Positions 1-12,227 of a stretch of 64,000 nucleotides of DNA are shown piece after piece. The stretch's first letter is position 1, and each line of letters opens with the position of its first letter. This DNA is from Octopus vulgaris (taxonomy: Eukaryota). The stretch covers positions 82,336,001 through 82,400,000 of the forward strand of contig OX597824.1 of assembly GCA_951406725.2 (NCBI GenBank), read 5' to 3'. The translations under genes and the position numbers were made by a program. Under the pieces are notes generated by a model. That model saw only the letters and a list, made by a program, of their open reading frames with translations. It searched no databases and was not told where the DNA came from.

Positions 1-38
<38 letters not shown>

Positions 39-459
39 GTACGCGACATAACAAGATAAATCATGCAGGTCGGCCCAGTTAGAATTGTTTTTTTTAGGTT
101 GCGTAGCCTATTTCACATACAAGGTCCCTAAATAAGGCTTGTTTAAGGATAATGTATGAAACACCCATGTTTCCAGGGTGAACTAGTCAAACCCAAAAGA
201 ACCCCGCTCAACACTTATTTGGTTACGATGCTCCTCCACTACTCAGGCTCATGATCAGAGATCCACATATCGTCAGCCACTAAGGGACATGGTCAACTGG
301 TTAAAGTCAAACAACTGACAAACAAATCTGTGGTATTGAGCAGAATATTTGCCATAGCCTATCTTTTTCACGAGGACAAAGCATGTACTTGATAACACTT
401 CCAATCAATTAAGATGAGAAGCCTTGAGAGTCAGTACCTGGTAGTGTATCAGGGCATTG

Positions 460-460
<1 letters not shown>

Positions 461-533
<73 letters not shown>

Positions 534-762
534 TGCTACTGTTCTCATTAAGGCTGCGTGCTGACAGAATTGTTAGCACGCTGGACGAAATACTTTGAGG
601 TATTTCACCTGTCGCTACGTTCTGAGTTCAAATTCCACCGAGGTTGATGTGATCGACTCATACCCACCTTCTCCAAGCTACTCTTGTGGCGAAAATTTGA
701 AATGATAATGATAATAATAATAATAATAATATTAATAATAATTATTATTATTATTAGTATTA

Positions 763-810
<48 letters not shown>

Positions 811-820
811 TTATCATTAT

Positions 821-880
<60 letters not shown>

Positions 881-920
881 AACTACTACTACTACCACTA
901 CTACCACTACTACAACTAAT
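461..920. repeat. (ATT)n/(ATA)n/(ACT)n trinucleotide microsatellites flanking a decayed family-D SINE head (552-690)
   Basis: Read directly from the sequence; these repeats explain the poly-I/T/V ORFs 605..907 and 684..938. Confidence 0.9.
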
Positions 921-921
921 A

Positions 922-1188
922 CTACTTTACGGCAGTGAGAGGTAGAGCCTCTACTTCAAACAGGAGCGGTGTCTCAACGACTTATACCTTCGTAATTTGA
1001 GATGCATCTTGGACATTAGGGGAACCGAACACATCACCAACACCAAAGTCCTCAACTGTGCCAAGATACCCAGCATATTCACCCTGCTCCAGCACCGTAG
1101 TTTGTGCTGGTTCGGTTATGTATATCCCATCCCGGACGGAAAGATCCCAAAAGATCTCCTGTATGGGGAATTGGCCACCGGTACTAGA
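922..1188 (+). pseudogene. RTE-clade LINE reverse transcriptase C-terminal fragment
   Basis: Translates LYGSE..SLYFKQERCLN..LRCILDI..HITNTKVL..AKIPSIFTLLQHRSLCWFGYV..IPDGKIPKDLLYGELATGTR. This matches the RTE pattern LYGSETW..LRRILGI.W...TN.EVL...RRLRWLGHV.RM.DGRIPK.LLYGEL. Confidence 0.85.
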
Positions 1189-1260
1189 GAGCACTCAGAA
1201 GACATAGTATACAAGCGGACCATATCAGGTAAGGAAACAAGAAATGATCCTTGAAATACA

Positions 1261-1692
1261 ATCTGTGGTTTTACGAAGGATGGTCGATGTCCATTTAGGA
1301 ATTTTTGTAGAAAAAAAGGTGTTATACATGAGTGTAAGGTAACTTCAGAAGGTAAAGATTACTACTATATAGTTTCTACTGAAAAGTATATTTAAAAAAG
1401 GGTTGTGAACCATGAAAACACCTTTAGGTATAGACGAAAAGAAGCAAGCGTTAGTCTTAGTAAACTAACTTGGACAATTAAGGATTAAAATAGGAAATAT
1501 ACACTTAGGTGGGAAATAATTAGCTGGGCAAAATTTTATAGCATTGGGAACAAATGATGTGAACTCTGTGTAGAGGAACTTCATCAAATTCTTACATCAA
1601 AATACAAATTATTAAACAATAAGAGAGAAAGAGGTTTTTACTGTGTGCATAGGATTAAGTATACATTCAAAAATTTTAATAAATTGAAATGA
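1261..1692 (+). pseudogene. Penelope-like element C-terminal GIY-YIG endonuclease remnant (3 in-frame stops)
   Basis: One frame from 1264 reads CGFTKDGRCPFRNFCRKKGVIHECKVT..YYYIVSTEKYI*KRVVNHENTFRY..SLSKLTWTIKD*..LRWEII..*CELCVEELHQIL..LLNNKRE..CVH. This fits the PLE pattern CxC..CP..C..VIY..YIG.TE..K.R..NH..SF..LSK.IW..CxLC.EE..LLN.R.E..CRH. The ORF track misses it because of the stops. Confidence 0.8.
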
Positions 1693-2615
1693 ATATAATT
1701 AAATAGAAGCTGAGTGATGACTACAGTTATACATAGGAATAATTATTGAAGTAAAATATACTTTCGTTATTTTTAAGTAATTTTAAAGAATCAAACACCA
1801 TATGTATGCTACCTAAGAATTGTACCTCTACACTATTAATTAGATTGGCGAATAATGTAGGAACCCCAACCATCAAGTAACATATCTAAATAAATTATAC
1901 TATTAATAGGAGGAAAAGGGATTTCTTGTCTATTCGTAAAGTCAAAAGATTTATATTAGTACTTATTGAATTTAAATGAATTTAATCTAAATAAACAATG
2001 AATAAATAATACAATACCTAAGTTACTAAAGCTAAAAATACTTTCTTTGTAACAAAATAAATTTAGATAAAACACTATCTACATAGTAAATAAGAATCAT
2101 ATACCTATACCATTAAATAAGTAGACAAGTATAGGTACGACCCTAAACTATCAAGTAATATATCTAAATCAATAATTTATATTAATAACATAATAATAAT
2201 AATTCTTACAATAAGAATAAACAAAAGTAAATAAGTAAAAGAATAAATAAGTACATATCTAGATTTATAGTTAACCAATAAATAAGAACCTTTGAATATA
2301 TTGTGAACATGATTGATAGTACAAAGTGATAATGGGAGGTATATAAACCTGTATAGTTAATGAGGAATGTGTTTTAGAGATAATGATAAATGACCAGCTT
2401 GTAAAAAAGCGGTTTTTTTGCGCCACTAAAAAGGGTGGATAGTAACATGATCTAGTTCTGCTGAACTATGTCTATCAACATGTCCAGTGGCCAAAATCAA
2501 ACTCTAGTTTGTTTTTTTTTAGAACGGAATCCAAGACGCACAGACTACAATTCAGTTGGAATGAACTCTGTATCCGTTGAGAATGCGGGAAAAATATTTT
2601 TACTTTGATAAACTC

Positions 2616-2711
2616 TTGACTTGACGAAGGTTTTTGCTTTTTAGAATTCACAATGCAATTTAATTGCACAGTATGGATTTAAGTAATTAAAACCGAAACG
2701 CGCGTAGGCAA
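2616..2711 (+). ncRNA. Minimal type I hammerhead-like motif with extended stem II (core C3>U)
   Basis: ttgac-TTGACGA-a-GGTTTT-(54 nt containing the hairpin tgcaatt/aattgca)-AAAACC-GAAA-CGCGCG(palindrome)-TA-ggcaa. Stem I pairs at 4 of 5 positions. It lies about 900 bp downstream of the PLE endonuclease on the same strand. Confidence 0.65.
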
Positions 2712-2987
2712 CATGACTTGACTATTATTATAATGAATATATTGATTTTTAATGTACTATATATACATATAGATATATATATAGCAATAAGAAAATGGAG
2801 GGATCAACAAGTGGTTCATCAAATTTTAGACATATTATGTCAACTTATTTATTTATTTACTAAACTGATAATTACAATAACATACTTACATATAACATAT
2901 GCTTTACATATAAGATATAAAATATATTAATATATAAGGATACCAGTAATTATTATAAAATAACAAACATGAATATAAATTGGGAAA

Positions 2988-3092
2988 ATAACTTACAGCT
3001 GTCTCAGCCAAGAGGTAAAAATACCTCATTCTATCTTTATTACGCAAGGTAGATAAAAATGAGGTATATCTCTAGGCTTCGTCAGAGATTAT
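2988..3092 (-). ncRNA. Minimal type I hammerhead-like motif with long stem II (GAAA>GAGA)
   Basis: Minus strand reads ataatct-CTGACGA-AGCC-tagag..atacctcatt..aatgaggtat..ctctt-GGCT-GAGA-CAGCTG(palindrome)-TA-agttat. Confidence 0.65.
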
Positions 3093-3184
3093 AAAGTACG
3101 TAATGTTAAGCTATACATAAATATAAATATATATAAATAAAATACACACACATTTGAATATTTATATAAATAGATTTTTTAAAG

Positions 3185-3504
3185 ACTCCGCCGGTTATGA
3201 CGACGAGGGTCCCAGCTGATACGATCAACGGAACAGCTTGCTCGAGAAATTAACGTGCAAATGGCTGAGCATTCCACAGACACGTGTACCCTTAACGTAG
3301 TTCTCGGGGATAATCAGCGTGACACAGAGAGTGACAAGGCTGACCCTTTGAAATACAAGTACAACTCATTTTTGCCAGCTGAGTGGACTAGAGCAACGTG
3401 AAATAAAGTGTCTTGCTCAAGGACACAACGCGTCGCCGGGAATCGAACTCACAACCTTACGATCATGAGCCGAATGCCCTAACCACTAAGCCACGCGCCC
3501 TCAC
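3185..3504 (-). mobile_element. tRNA-derived SINE family B (CORE-like body) with tail X
   Basis: Minus strand shows A box TGGCTTAGTGG, B box GAGTTCGATTCC and the CORE-like body gttgtgtccttgagcaagacact. The tail ending in cctcgtcgtc..cggagt is shared with family A. Confidence 0.85.
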
Positions 3505-3665
3505 ATAAATAGATATACATATAGATACATATATAGATATACATAATACCTTTTTATACACTGAAATATACATACATATTTGCATTTGTAAGCATATACA
3601 TAGTATGCTTAAATGGAAAAATATATATATATATGTGTGTGCGTATATATATATATATATATATG

Positions 3666-3734
3666 GCAGTCAAGAATGCTTATTTCTATCAAAGTTGGAG
3701 TCCAACTTTGATAGAAATAAGCATTCTTGACTGC
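3666..3734. repeat. Perfect palindrome with 34-bp arms and a 1-nt centre
   Basis: gcagtcaagaatgcttatttctatcaaagttgga-g-tccaactttgatagaaataagcattcttgactgc. Confidence 0.95.
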
Positions 3735-3919
3735 TATTTCTATTTTTTTCGGTATGCGGTCAAGCAACCTGTTTTGCCTGTCCCTTTTTCTTATATACAA
3801 TATATATACTGAACTTTACAGAAGTTCCTGCCGGTAATCGGCTATATTTACATACCGAATTCTACCAGTAAATAATTGGGTTTTTTTAAAAGCCTTTATA
3901 GAAATTATTTACTCTTATC

Positions 3920-4022
<103 letters not shown>

Positions 4023-4040
4023 TTATTTATTTATATTTGT

Positions 4041-4379
4041 GAAGGCGCATGGCTCAGTGGTTAGACCGTCAAGCTTTACGATCGTGAGGTTGTGAGCTCG
4101 AATCCCGGACCGGGCTGCATGTTGTGTTCTTGAGCAAGACACTTTATTTCACGTTTCTCCAGTTCACTCATCTGTAGAAATGAGTTGCAATGTCATTAGT
4201 GCCAAGCTGTATCGGCCCCTTTGTCTTTCCCTTGGATAACACTGGTGGCGTGGAGAGGAGTGACTGGTATGCATGGGCGACTGCTGGTCTTCCATAAAAC
4301 ACCTAACCCGGACTTGTACTTGGGAGGGTAACTTTCCAGGTGCAATCCCATGGTCTGTGTCGTGACCGAAAGGGGTCTT
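4041..4379 (+). mobile_element. SINE family B with tail Y
   Basis: tRNA-like head ggcgcatggctcagtggttaga..tcgaatccc, CORE-like body, and tail ending gaccgaaaggggtctt. Homologues lie at 29652 and 55795. Confidence 0.85.
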
Positions 4380-4527
4380 AGATTTGTGCGTATATGTATG
4401 TGTGCATATGCATATATACGTTCCTCGTGTGTATGCAGATTAGTTTTGGCATAACTGTAATAACTTTATGGTGTATTGATATATTGAATGTAAAATTACT
4501 ATCCTTATAACTTTCAAAAATATGTTT

Positions 4528-4602
<75 letters not shown>

Positions 4603-5049
4603 CAGGCTGATGCAATAGAATAAACTGAACCTGTATGTAAGAGCTCCCTACACAAACACATATATACACAAGCACACGCACACAAGTGCATCACATGATT
4701 ATGTATACAATTTCCTTTATAGGTATGTACTATAAGTGGTCAGTTTGGTTTACCACTGAAGCTCCGGTTTGTAGTACTCCTGAGAAAAGGAGTGTGTGTG
4801 TGTGTGCGGAGGGGGGTGACTGTACAGTCATTCTGCAAGTTAGAGTAATCGGATCTGTGACACTTAGAGTTACGGTTAAGATAGGAACTGACAATGTGTA
4901 TACTCTAATTTATGTATTGAGTACATTATTCTCACATTGCATGTGAAAGAATCGAATAAAGAGAAAAGGTTTGAAGGTAAAAAGAGAAAGGAGGAAAAGA
5001 AGATTCTGCGTGTGTATGAGTGTGTCGGCATGAGTGTGTCGGCATCAGA

Positions 5050-5112
<63 letters not shown>

Positions 5113-5267
5113 AGAGAGATAGACAGATAGACAGAGACACACAGACAGACAGATCGACGGACTGTGAGATTTTTTGCGCGCGCGTATAATTAGGGAATGA
5201 AAGCCAGAGTATGAAATAATGCGTGCGTAAATTAAACATGAGTCACAAAGTGTGTTCCTGTAAGTCC

Positions 5268-5301
<34 letters not shown>

Positions 5302-5435
5302 AGGCATGTAGTCTTGCAGCGTATATGTATTTCTAAGTGTGTGTATATGTAAGCGTGTGTGTGAAAAAAGAAACACACTAGAGGATAGACAGAGTATGTG
5401 CTTGTATCCGTGCGTATGTGTGCATTTGTGTGTGT

Positions 5436-5469
<34 letters not shown>

Positions 5470-5761
5470 CCGTGAGGGCATACGTCGGGGTGTCTATGTA
5501 TGTGTGTGTGTGTGAGTGTGAGAGAAAGAGATAGAGAGGAAGAAAGAGAGAGATAAAACGTGTGAGAGATCTTATACGTGAAAATAGAATTGTGTGAGAA
5601 AGAAAATAAGGCGTTAACGAGAAACTATACAATAGGTGCGGTTGATTAGCCGAAACGTTAGAGAGTCGTATTTGGTAATATTCTTTTGGCTTCCTTACGC
5701 TCTGAGATCAAATATTAGCTTGGTGTATTTTACTCTTCATCCCTCGAAGGAGAGGTATTTA

Positions 5762-6181
5762 CTTTCTTATTTCTTTATTGTCTACAAGAGGCTAAACATA
5801 GAGGGGACAAACAAGGACAGACAAACGGATTAAGTCGATTACATCGCTCCAGTGCGCAACTGGTACTCAATTTATCGACCCCGATAGGATGAAGGGCAAA
5901 GTCGACCTCGACGGAATTCAAACTCAGAACGTAGCGGTAGACGAAATACCTATTTCTTTACTACCCACAAGGGGCTAAACACAGAGGGGACAAACAAGGA
6001 CAGACAAACGGATTAAGTCGATTACATCTACTCTAGTGCGTAACTGGTAATTAATTTATCGAGCCCGAAAGGATGAAAGGCAAAGTCGACCTCGGCGGAA
6101 TTTGAACTCAGAACATAGTGGCAGACGAAATACCGCTAAGCATTTCGCCCAGCGTGCAAACGTTTCTGCCAGCTTGCCGCT
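5762..6181 (-). mobile_element. SINE family D (Meta/MESC-like domain): head plus 2 tandem bodies
   Basis: The 184-bp unit containing gagttcaaattccgccgaggtcgactttgcctttcatcctttcggggtcgataaattaagtacc is repeated on the minus strand. Confidence 0.85.
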
Positions 6182-6512
6182 TTTCTATCAACGTATTGTA
6201 TGTATGGTGGACTCTCTCATCGAAGACGCCATATGCGTGTTCAGCTGTTGCCGAACGACCAGCACAAATGATTTGTTATTGTCGTCAAATGTTCATGCAA
6301 CACGTTAGTTCGCTCTTTCCATCAAATCAATAGGTGTACGGTGTAGTACGCGTCAGGTGTCAAAGTAATCGGGCAGCAACTTGAAATGAAATGCCATTAC
6401 TCAATAACACAACACACCACCCAGTCTAGGAATTGAAATCTCGATTGCTAGAACGCGAGTGCAACACCCTAACCAGTGAGACATGCACTATCATCACATA
6501 GGTATATATATA

Positions 6513-7041
6513 CTGCAAATCCTCGAGTATAGTCTGCCCTTGAGTATAATACGCAGGGGAATTTTTAGGGAGCTGTACCTTGTACCTCTGAAAAGCCAAA
6601 ACCTTGTGTGTAATACGCACCCCTTCTCTAACTTGAGTCAAGGAGGTCTATATAACGTCCCTGGTTTGTAAAACTGTATATGGTAACATCCTTTATTATT
6701 ATTGTATATTTGACATAATGCAAACGTGTAGCATTTCTGTGCATTTTGTTTGCAGGAAATAAAGAAATAACAGTAATATCAGTAATAACGTTTAATAAAT
6801 GTTGCTTTCTGCAAGTTATGGATGATACTTTTATGACTTCATTGCCCTCAGGCTTAGCTTAAGGTATTTTCGCGCCCGATATCACAAAATGCGTCTGAAT
6901 AAACATTGCCAGACAGCAAATAGAGACTCGGACATTGCTTAGAAAATATTTTTCATTTTTAACCTCGTATATAGTACGCACTAGGGATTTTGACCTTTAA
7001 ATTTTGGGAAAAAAGTGCGGATTATACTCGAGGATTTACCA
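6513..7041. mobile_element. pogo/Tc2-like MITE (about 530 bp)
   Basis: Terminal inverted repeats ta|ctgcaaatcctcgagtata ... tatactcgaggatttacca. A second partial copy in the opposite orientation lies at 36689-36934. Confidence 0.7.
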
Positions 7042-7506
7042 TGCTATTACACACATACACACACACATATCGCAGGGAGATTCAGCGTGACACAGAATAT
7101 GACAAGGCTGGCCCCTTTGTAGAACTCATTTTTGCCAGCTGAGTGAACTCGTGCAATAAAGTGTCTTGCTCAAGGACTTAACGCGTCGCCGGGAATCGAA
7201 CTCATAATCTTACAATGTGCGCCGAATACTCTAACAACTAAGCTACATATCTTCACATGTCATGTATGTATGTGTATATGTGTGTGTGTGCTTGTGCGCG
7301 TGTGTCTATATGTGTGTGTATATATGTGTGTATGCGTGTATATATATATGGGTACGTGCGTGCGTATGTGTATGTGTGTGTGTTTGTGTGCGTGTGTGTG
7401 TGTTTGTGTGCTTACACGCTTAGTAATGAGGAAGCTATTTTCAGATGCAGCCACATTTTTCAAGGTGGTGCTCGACTGAAACAAGCAATAGAATCAAAAG
7501 ATTATC

Positions 7507-7556
<50 letters not shown>

Positions 7557-7656
7557 GACGGGTTTCTTTCAGTTTCCGTATACGAAATCCACTCACAAGG
7601 CTTTGGTCGGCCCGAGGCTATAGCAGAAGACACTCGCCCAAGGAACCATGTGGTTG

Positions 7657-7687
<31 letters not shown>

Positions 7688-8066
7688 ATATAAGTAGATA
7701 CTCATATATATATATAAGGAGATACTCATATACTCACTGAAAATCACAATTCACTCACCCCCCCCCACACACACACACGCACACACACTCTCTTAAACGG
7801 ATTCCATCGAAAATGGATAACGCAATAGTGATGAAGTTTGCATTGATTGCATGTGTTTGCATGTGTGTGCACGCGAGAAAGACAAACAGACAGAGATTAG
7901 AGATAGAGATGGAGAGGCGGACAGACAGACAGACAGATAAACAGGGCGGGACGGAGAGAGGGGATAAAGTTTGTCCGATTGAGTAGAAAACGAAAGCCAG
8001 GAAGAGAGAGAGATGGACAATTAGATCTTTTTATGCATGTGTGTGTGTGTGTATGTGTATGCGTGC

Positions 8067-8106
<40 letters not shown>

Positions 8107-8110
<4 letters not shown>

Positions 8111-8129
8111 AGTCATGTACGTGTGGGTT

Positions 8130-8170
<41 letters not shown>

Positions 8171-8189
8171 AGTCATGTACGTGTGGGTT

Positions 8190-8220
<31 letters not shown>

Positions 8221-8377
8221 ATAGTCATGTACGTGTGGGTTTGTGTGCGTGAGTGTGTGTGTGTGTGTTTAGTCATGTACGTGTGGGTTTGTATGTGTGT
8301 GTGTGTGTGTTTAGTCATGTACGTGTGGGTTTGTATGTGTGTGTGTGTGTGTGTGTTTAGTCATGTACGCGTGGGTT

Positions 8378-8416
<39 letters not shown>

Positions 8417-8723
8417 AGTCATGTACGCGTGGGTTTGTATGTGTGTGTGTGTGTGTGTTTAGTCATGTACGTGTGGGTTTGTATGTGTGTGTGTGTGTGT
8501 GAGTGAGTGTGTGTGTGTGTGTGTGTTTAGTCATGTACGTGTGGGTTTGTATGTGTGTGTGTGTGCGTGTTTAGTTATGTACGTGTGTGTGTGTGTGTTT
8601 AGTCATGTACGTGTGTGTGTGTGTGTGTGTGTGTTTAGTCATGTACGTGTGTGTGTGTGTTTAGTCATAAACGTGTGTGTGTGTGTGTGTGTGTGTTTAC
8701 TCATGTACGTGTGGGTTTGTATG
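8107..8723. repeat. Compound minisatellite: about 14 units of ttagtcatgtacgtgtgggtttgtat plus a variable (GT)n
   Basis: The motif recurs at 8109, 8169, 8222, 8269, 8311, 8357, 8414, 8459, 8527 and onward, with variable GT spacer length. Confidence 0.9.
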
Positions 8724-8853
8724 TGCCTTAAGATAGTGTGTTGCCGGGCAAAAATAATATTAAAAGGCGGAGAGAGATAGGGTAGAAAGAGACAGGCAGA
8801 GAGCGGGGGAGAGCGAAAGAGAGAGAAAGCGAGAGAGGGAAGCGAATCGTTTC

Positions 8854-9352
<499 letters not shown>

Positions 9353-9554
9353 GAAAAGTATTTCTGAAAATAAGCTTGTTAATGCATGTTTGCGTTGTGT
9401 GTAATGTGTGTGTGTGTGTGTGTTTGTTTAAGTTTGTGTTCGTTTGCAGACGTTTGCGTGTGCGTGTGAGAGAGGAAGACACAAACTGGAAGCGAGACAG
9501 AGACAGAGAGACAACGAGAGAAAGATAGAGAGATACAGAGAGAGAGACAGAGAG

Positions 9555-9611
<57 letters not shown>

Positions 9612-9947
9612 GTGTTAAGGAGAGACTAGACAAAGAGAAGGATGTGAAAATGTAAGATTACGCTACGTTGGCCTGTATGAGTATGTGATGCAACTAATTA
9701 TTATTCTCTGTATGTATCTGTGTATGTTTGTGCGTATGTATGTGTTTGTGTATGTGTGTGTGTGTGTGCCAGCGTAAGCATCTCTCTCTTTAACCCTTTG
9801 GTGTTTAAGCTGGCCCCAAATATCCGGCTCAAAAATCCTACATGTTTACATTCAAACTGGCCATATCTAACCCCTCACACCTAACCTACATTGACATTCT
9901 AAGAATAAACTATGACACCATTGAAACTTCAAAGTTGTAAGATAACG

Positions 9948-10172
9948 GGCGATCTTTCGTCTCTAGTAGACCTATCCGTCGATTTCCGTAAAAATTTTTT
10001 TTTTTTTACATATGGGCTTGCGGGAACTTTTGAAGTAATATACATACATATACACATACACCGAGTAAAAAATTTCAGTTATCTCTTTCTTTCACACATT
10101 ACTCTGTCTCTTCACACACACTAACAGAAGCACTTCACTTACACAACATACTGTCTGTCTCCCACACCCCAT

Positions 10173-10211
<39 letters not shown>

Positions 10212-10384
10212 CCATCAATGCTCCCATGCACGGTAACTTCAAAAGAATTTCCCTCGTCATACAGTCGCTTTCTCTTAGTCTCTTTCGCTCTCATTACTTC
10301 AAAAGTTCCCGCAAGCCCATATGTAAAAAAAAAAAAAAAATTACGGAAATCGACGGAAAGGTCTACTAGAGACGAAAGATTGCC
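9948..10384. mobile_element. Merlin-like MITE with about 90-bp TIRs and an 8-bp TSD
   Basis: TIRs ggcgatctttcgtctctagtagacc..ttttgaagtaat / attacttcaaaa..gagacgaaagattgcc. Flanks are AGATAACG and AGATAATG. GG-starting TIRs with an 8-bp TSD fit Merlin; the superfamily call is inference. Confidence 0.7.
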
Positions 10385-10430
10385 AGATAATGTATGATTA
10401 ATTGAAAATAATTTGAGTGAAAAAAAGTAT

Positions 10431-10877
10431 GGCGATGTTTCGCTTGTAGCACACGTTTCCGTCGATTTCCTCCGTCGATTTCCGTAAAAAATGTAAACAC
10501 TGAATCGGCCATACATACATACACACATACATACACACACATACATACACACACACACATACATAGATACATACACACACACATACATGCAGACATACAT
10601 ATACACATACACCGAGTAAAAAATTTCAGTTATCTCTTTCTTTCACACATTACTCTCTCTGTCTCTTCGCACACACTAACAGAAGCACTTCACTTACACA
10701 ACATACTGTCTGTCTCCCACACCCCATCAAACACACACACAGGGACTTCAAAGAGAAATTTCCTCGTCATAAAATCGCTTCCTCTTAGTCTCTTTCGTTC
10801 TCATTACTTATGTAAAAAAATAAAAGTTTTTTACGGAAATCGACGGAAACTTGTGCTACGACAAGCGAAACTTCGCC
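10431..10877. mobile_element. Second, related Merlin-like MITE
   Basis: TIRs ggcgatgtttcgcttgt.. / ..acaagcgaaacttcgcc. The internal sequence is shared with 9948-10384. The left TSD is AAAAGTAT; the right reads AAAA[ggcgatgtttcgctt]GTAT. Confidence 0.7.
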
Positions 10878-11296
10878 AAAAGGCGATGTTTCGCTTGTAT
10901 TACATTTAACAGATTAATCTGAACACTAAAGGGTTAATAATAATTGCTTGTGTATGCGTCTATCTGTCTGTGTGTATTGACATACGATAGCGAGTGTCTT
11001 CTTGGCCCATAAAGCCGTGTTACCATTTAAAAACCGAACAGCTTATTTTTATCTATCAAATGATATAATCTTTTTCCGTATAAAAACAACAACATAACAT
11101 TCAGCAAATGTTTGTCGTTCTAATTATAGAAAATGATGTCAGGCAAATGATCGCATTTTTATAGCCTAGTTAGTGATCACGTGCTGTTTCCAATGCATTT
11201 CGTCGTGACGTGGCTCAGCTTGTCTGCGTTCATTACACGAATTTCATTTCGTATGTTTTCTTGCAGCAGTTGAATATTGAGGCATTCAATTATGTA

Positions 11297-11561
11297 GTGG
11301 AGGCGCAATGGCCCAGTGGTTAGGGCAGCGGACTCGCGGTCGTAGGATCGCGGTTTCGATTCCCAGACCGGGCGTTGTGAGTGTTTATTGAGCCAAAACA
11401 CCTAAAAACTCCATGAGGCTCCGGCAGGGATGGTGGTGATCCCTGCTGTACTCTTTCACCACAACTTTCTCTCACTCTTACTTCCTGTTTCTGTTGTACC
11501 TGTATTTCAAAGGGCCGGCCTTGTCACTCTCTGTGTCACGCTGAATATCCCCGAGAACTAC
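11297..11561 (+). mobile_element. SINE family A (tRNA-Arg-like head), 3' truncated
   Basis: ggaggcgcaatggcccagtggttagggcagcggactcgcggtcgtaggatcgcggtttcgattccc; near-identical to the copies at 16761, 52804 and 62417. Confidence 0.9.
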
Positions 11562-11684
11562 TGTCTGAGGAGTTGGGACGTTATGGCATAGCCGTTTTGG
11601 CGTCGCTGATTTTGGCGTCGCTGACTTGACGTCAGGCGTTTTAATATTTCTTCTGTTATAATGTTTCTCTCATTCTCTCCTTTC

Positions 11685-11723
<39 letters not shown>

Positions 11724-12227
11724 GCTCGGTCTTGCCCCCTCTCTCTGTCTCTCTGAGCATATTTCTCTTTATGAGGAAAGAGATGTTTATATCAATTGTG
11801 CTCTCTCCATTATTATCTCTCTCCCCGTATTCCTCCTCTTTCTCACACGCTTTCTTTCGGTATGCGTCTATTTCTGCGTGCGCATATTTGTCTTTGATAC
11901 CTCAAGTGCCAAAAAGCACCTTGGCCAAAACAGGCTGAATGTCCAGTCAGACGTGCTAAACCAACAGCATCCAGGCATCTACGTCCAATAATTTCCCTTT
12001 TACCCAAAGTCTATTTTACCTCTCTCTCTCTCTTTCTCTCTCACTCATTCACTCACGGTATGAGCAATCACTCCATTTTATTACCACCCAAACCCCTGAT
12101 ATGTCACGAACAGCTCGACAAAGGGCTTCAGCATCTCGAAGTATCGAGCTTCGGTCTCCGCCACTACATTGCTTCTTTCATCCTCGTCATGGACGGTTAT
12201 CATTATGATTATTATTATTTCTTCGCT

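Larger units (their letters stand above)
9794..10933. mobile_element. piggyBac-like MITE (TTAA TSD) hosting two nested MITEs
   Basis: TTAA|ccctttggtgttt ... gaacactaaaggg|TTAA. The host middle segment survives at 10385-10430, and the same family's 3' end recurs at about 20347-20402. Confidence 0.75.

Noticed and set aside
100-460. Probable interspersed repeat ending in (ATT)n
   Set aside because: It is single-copy in the window with no diagnostic motif, so I cannot classify it.
8107-8723. CRISPR-like repeat-spacer appearance
   Set aside because: The spacers are plain (GT)n, the context is eukaryotic and there are no cas genes.
11297-11372. tRNA-Arg-like gene (also at the other SINE heads)
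   Set aside because: A and B boxes are present but there is no proper acceptor stem, and each head continues into a SINE body; several copies have TSDs.
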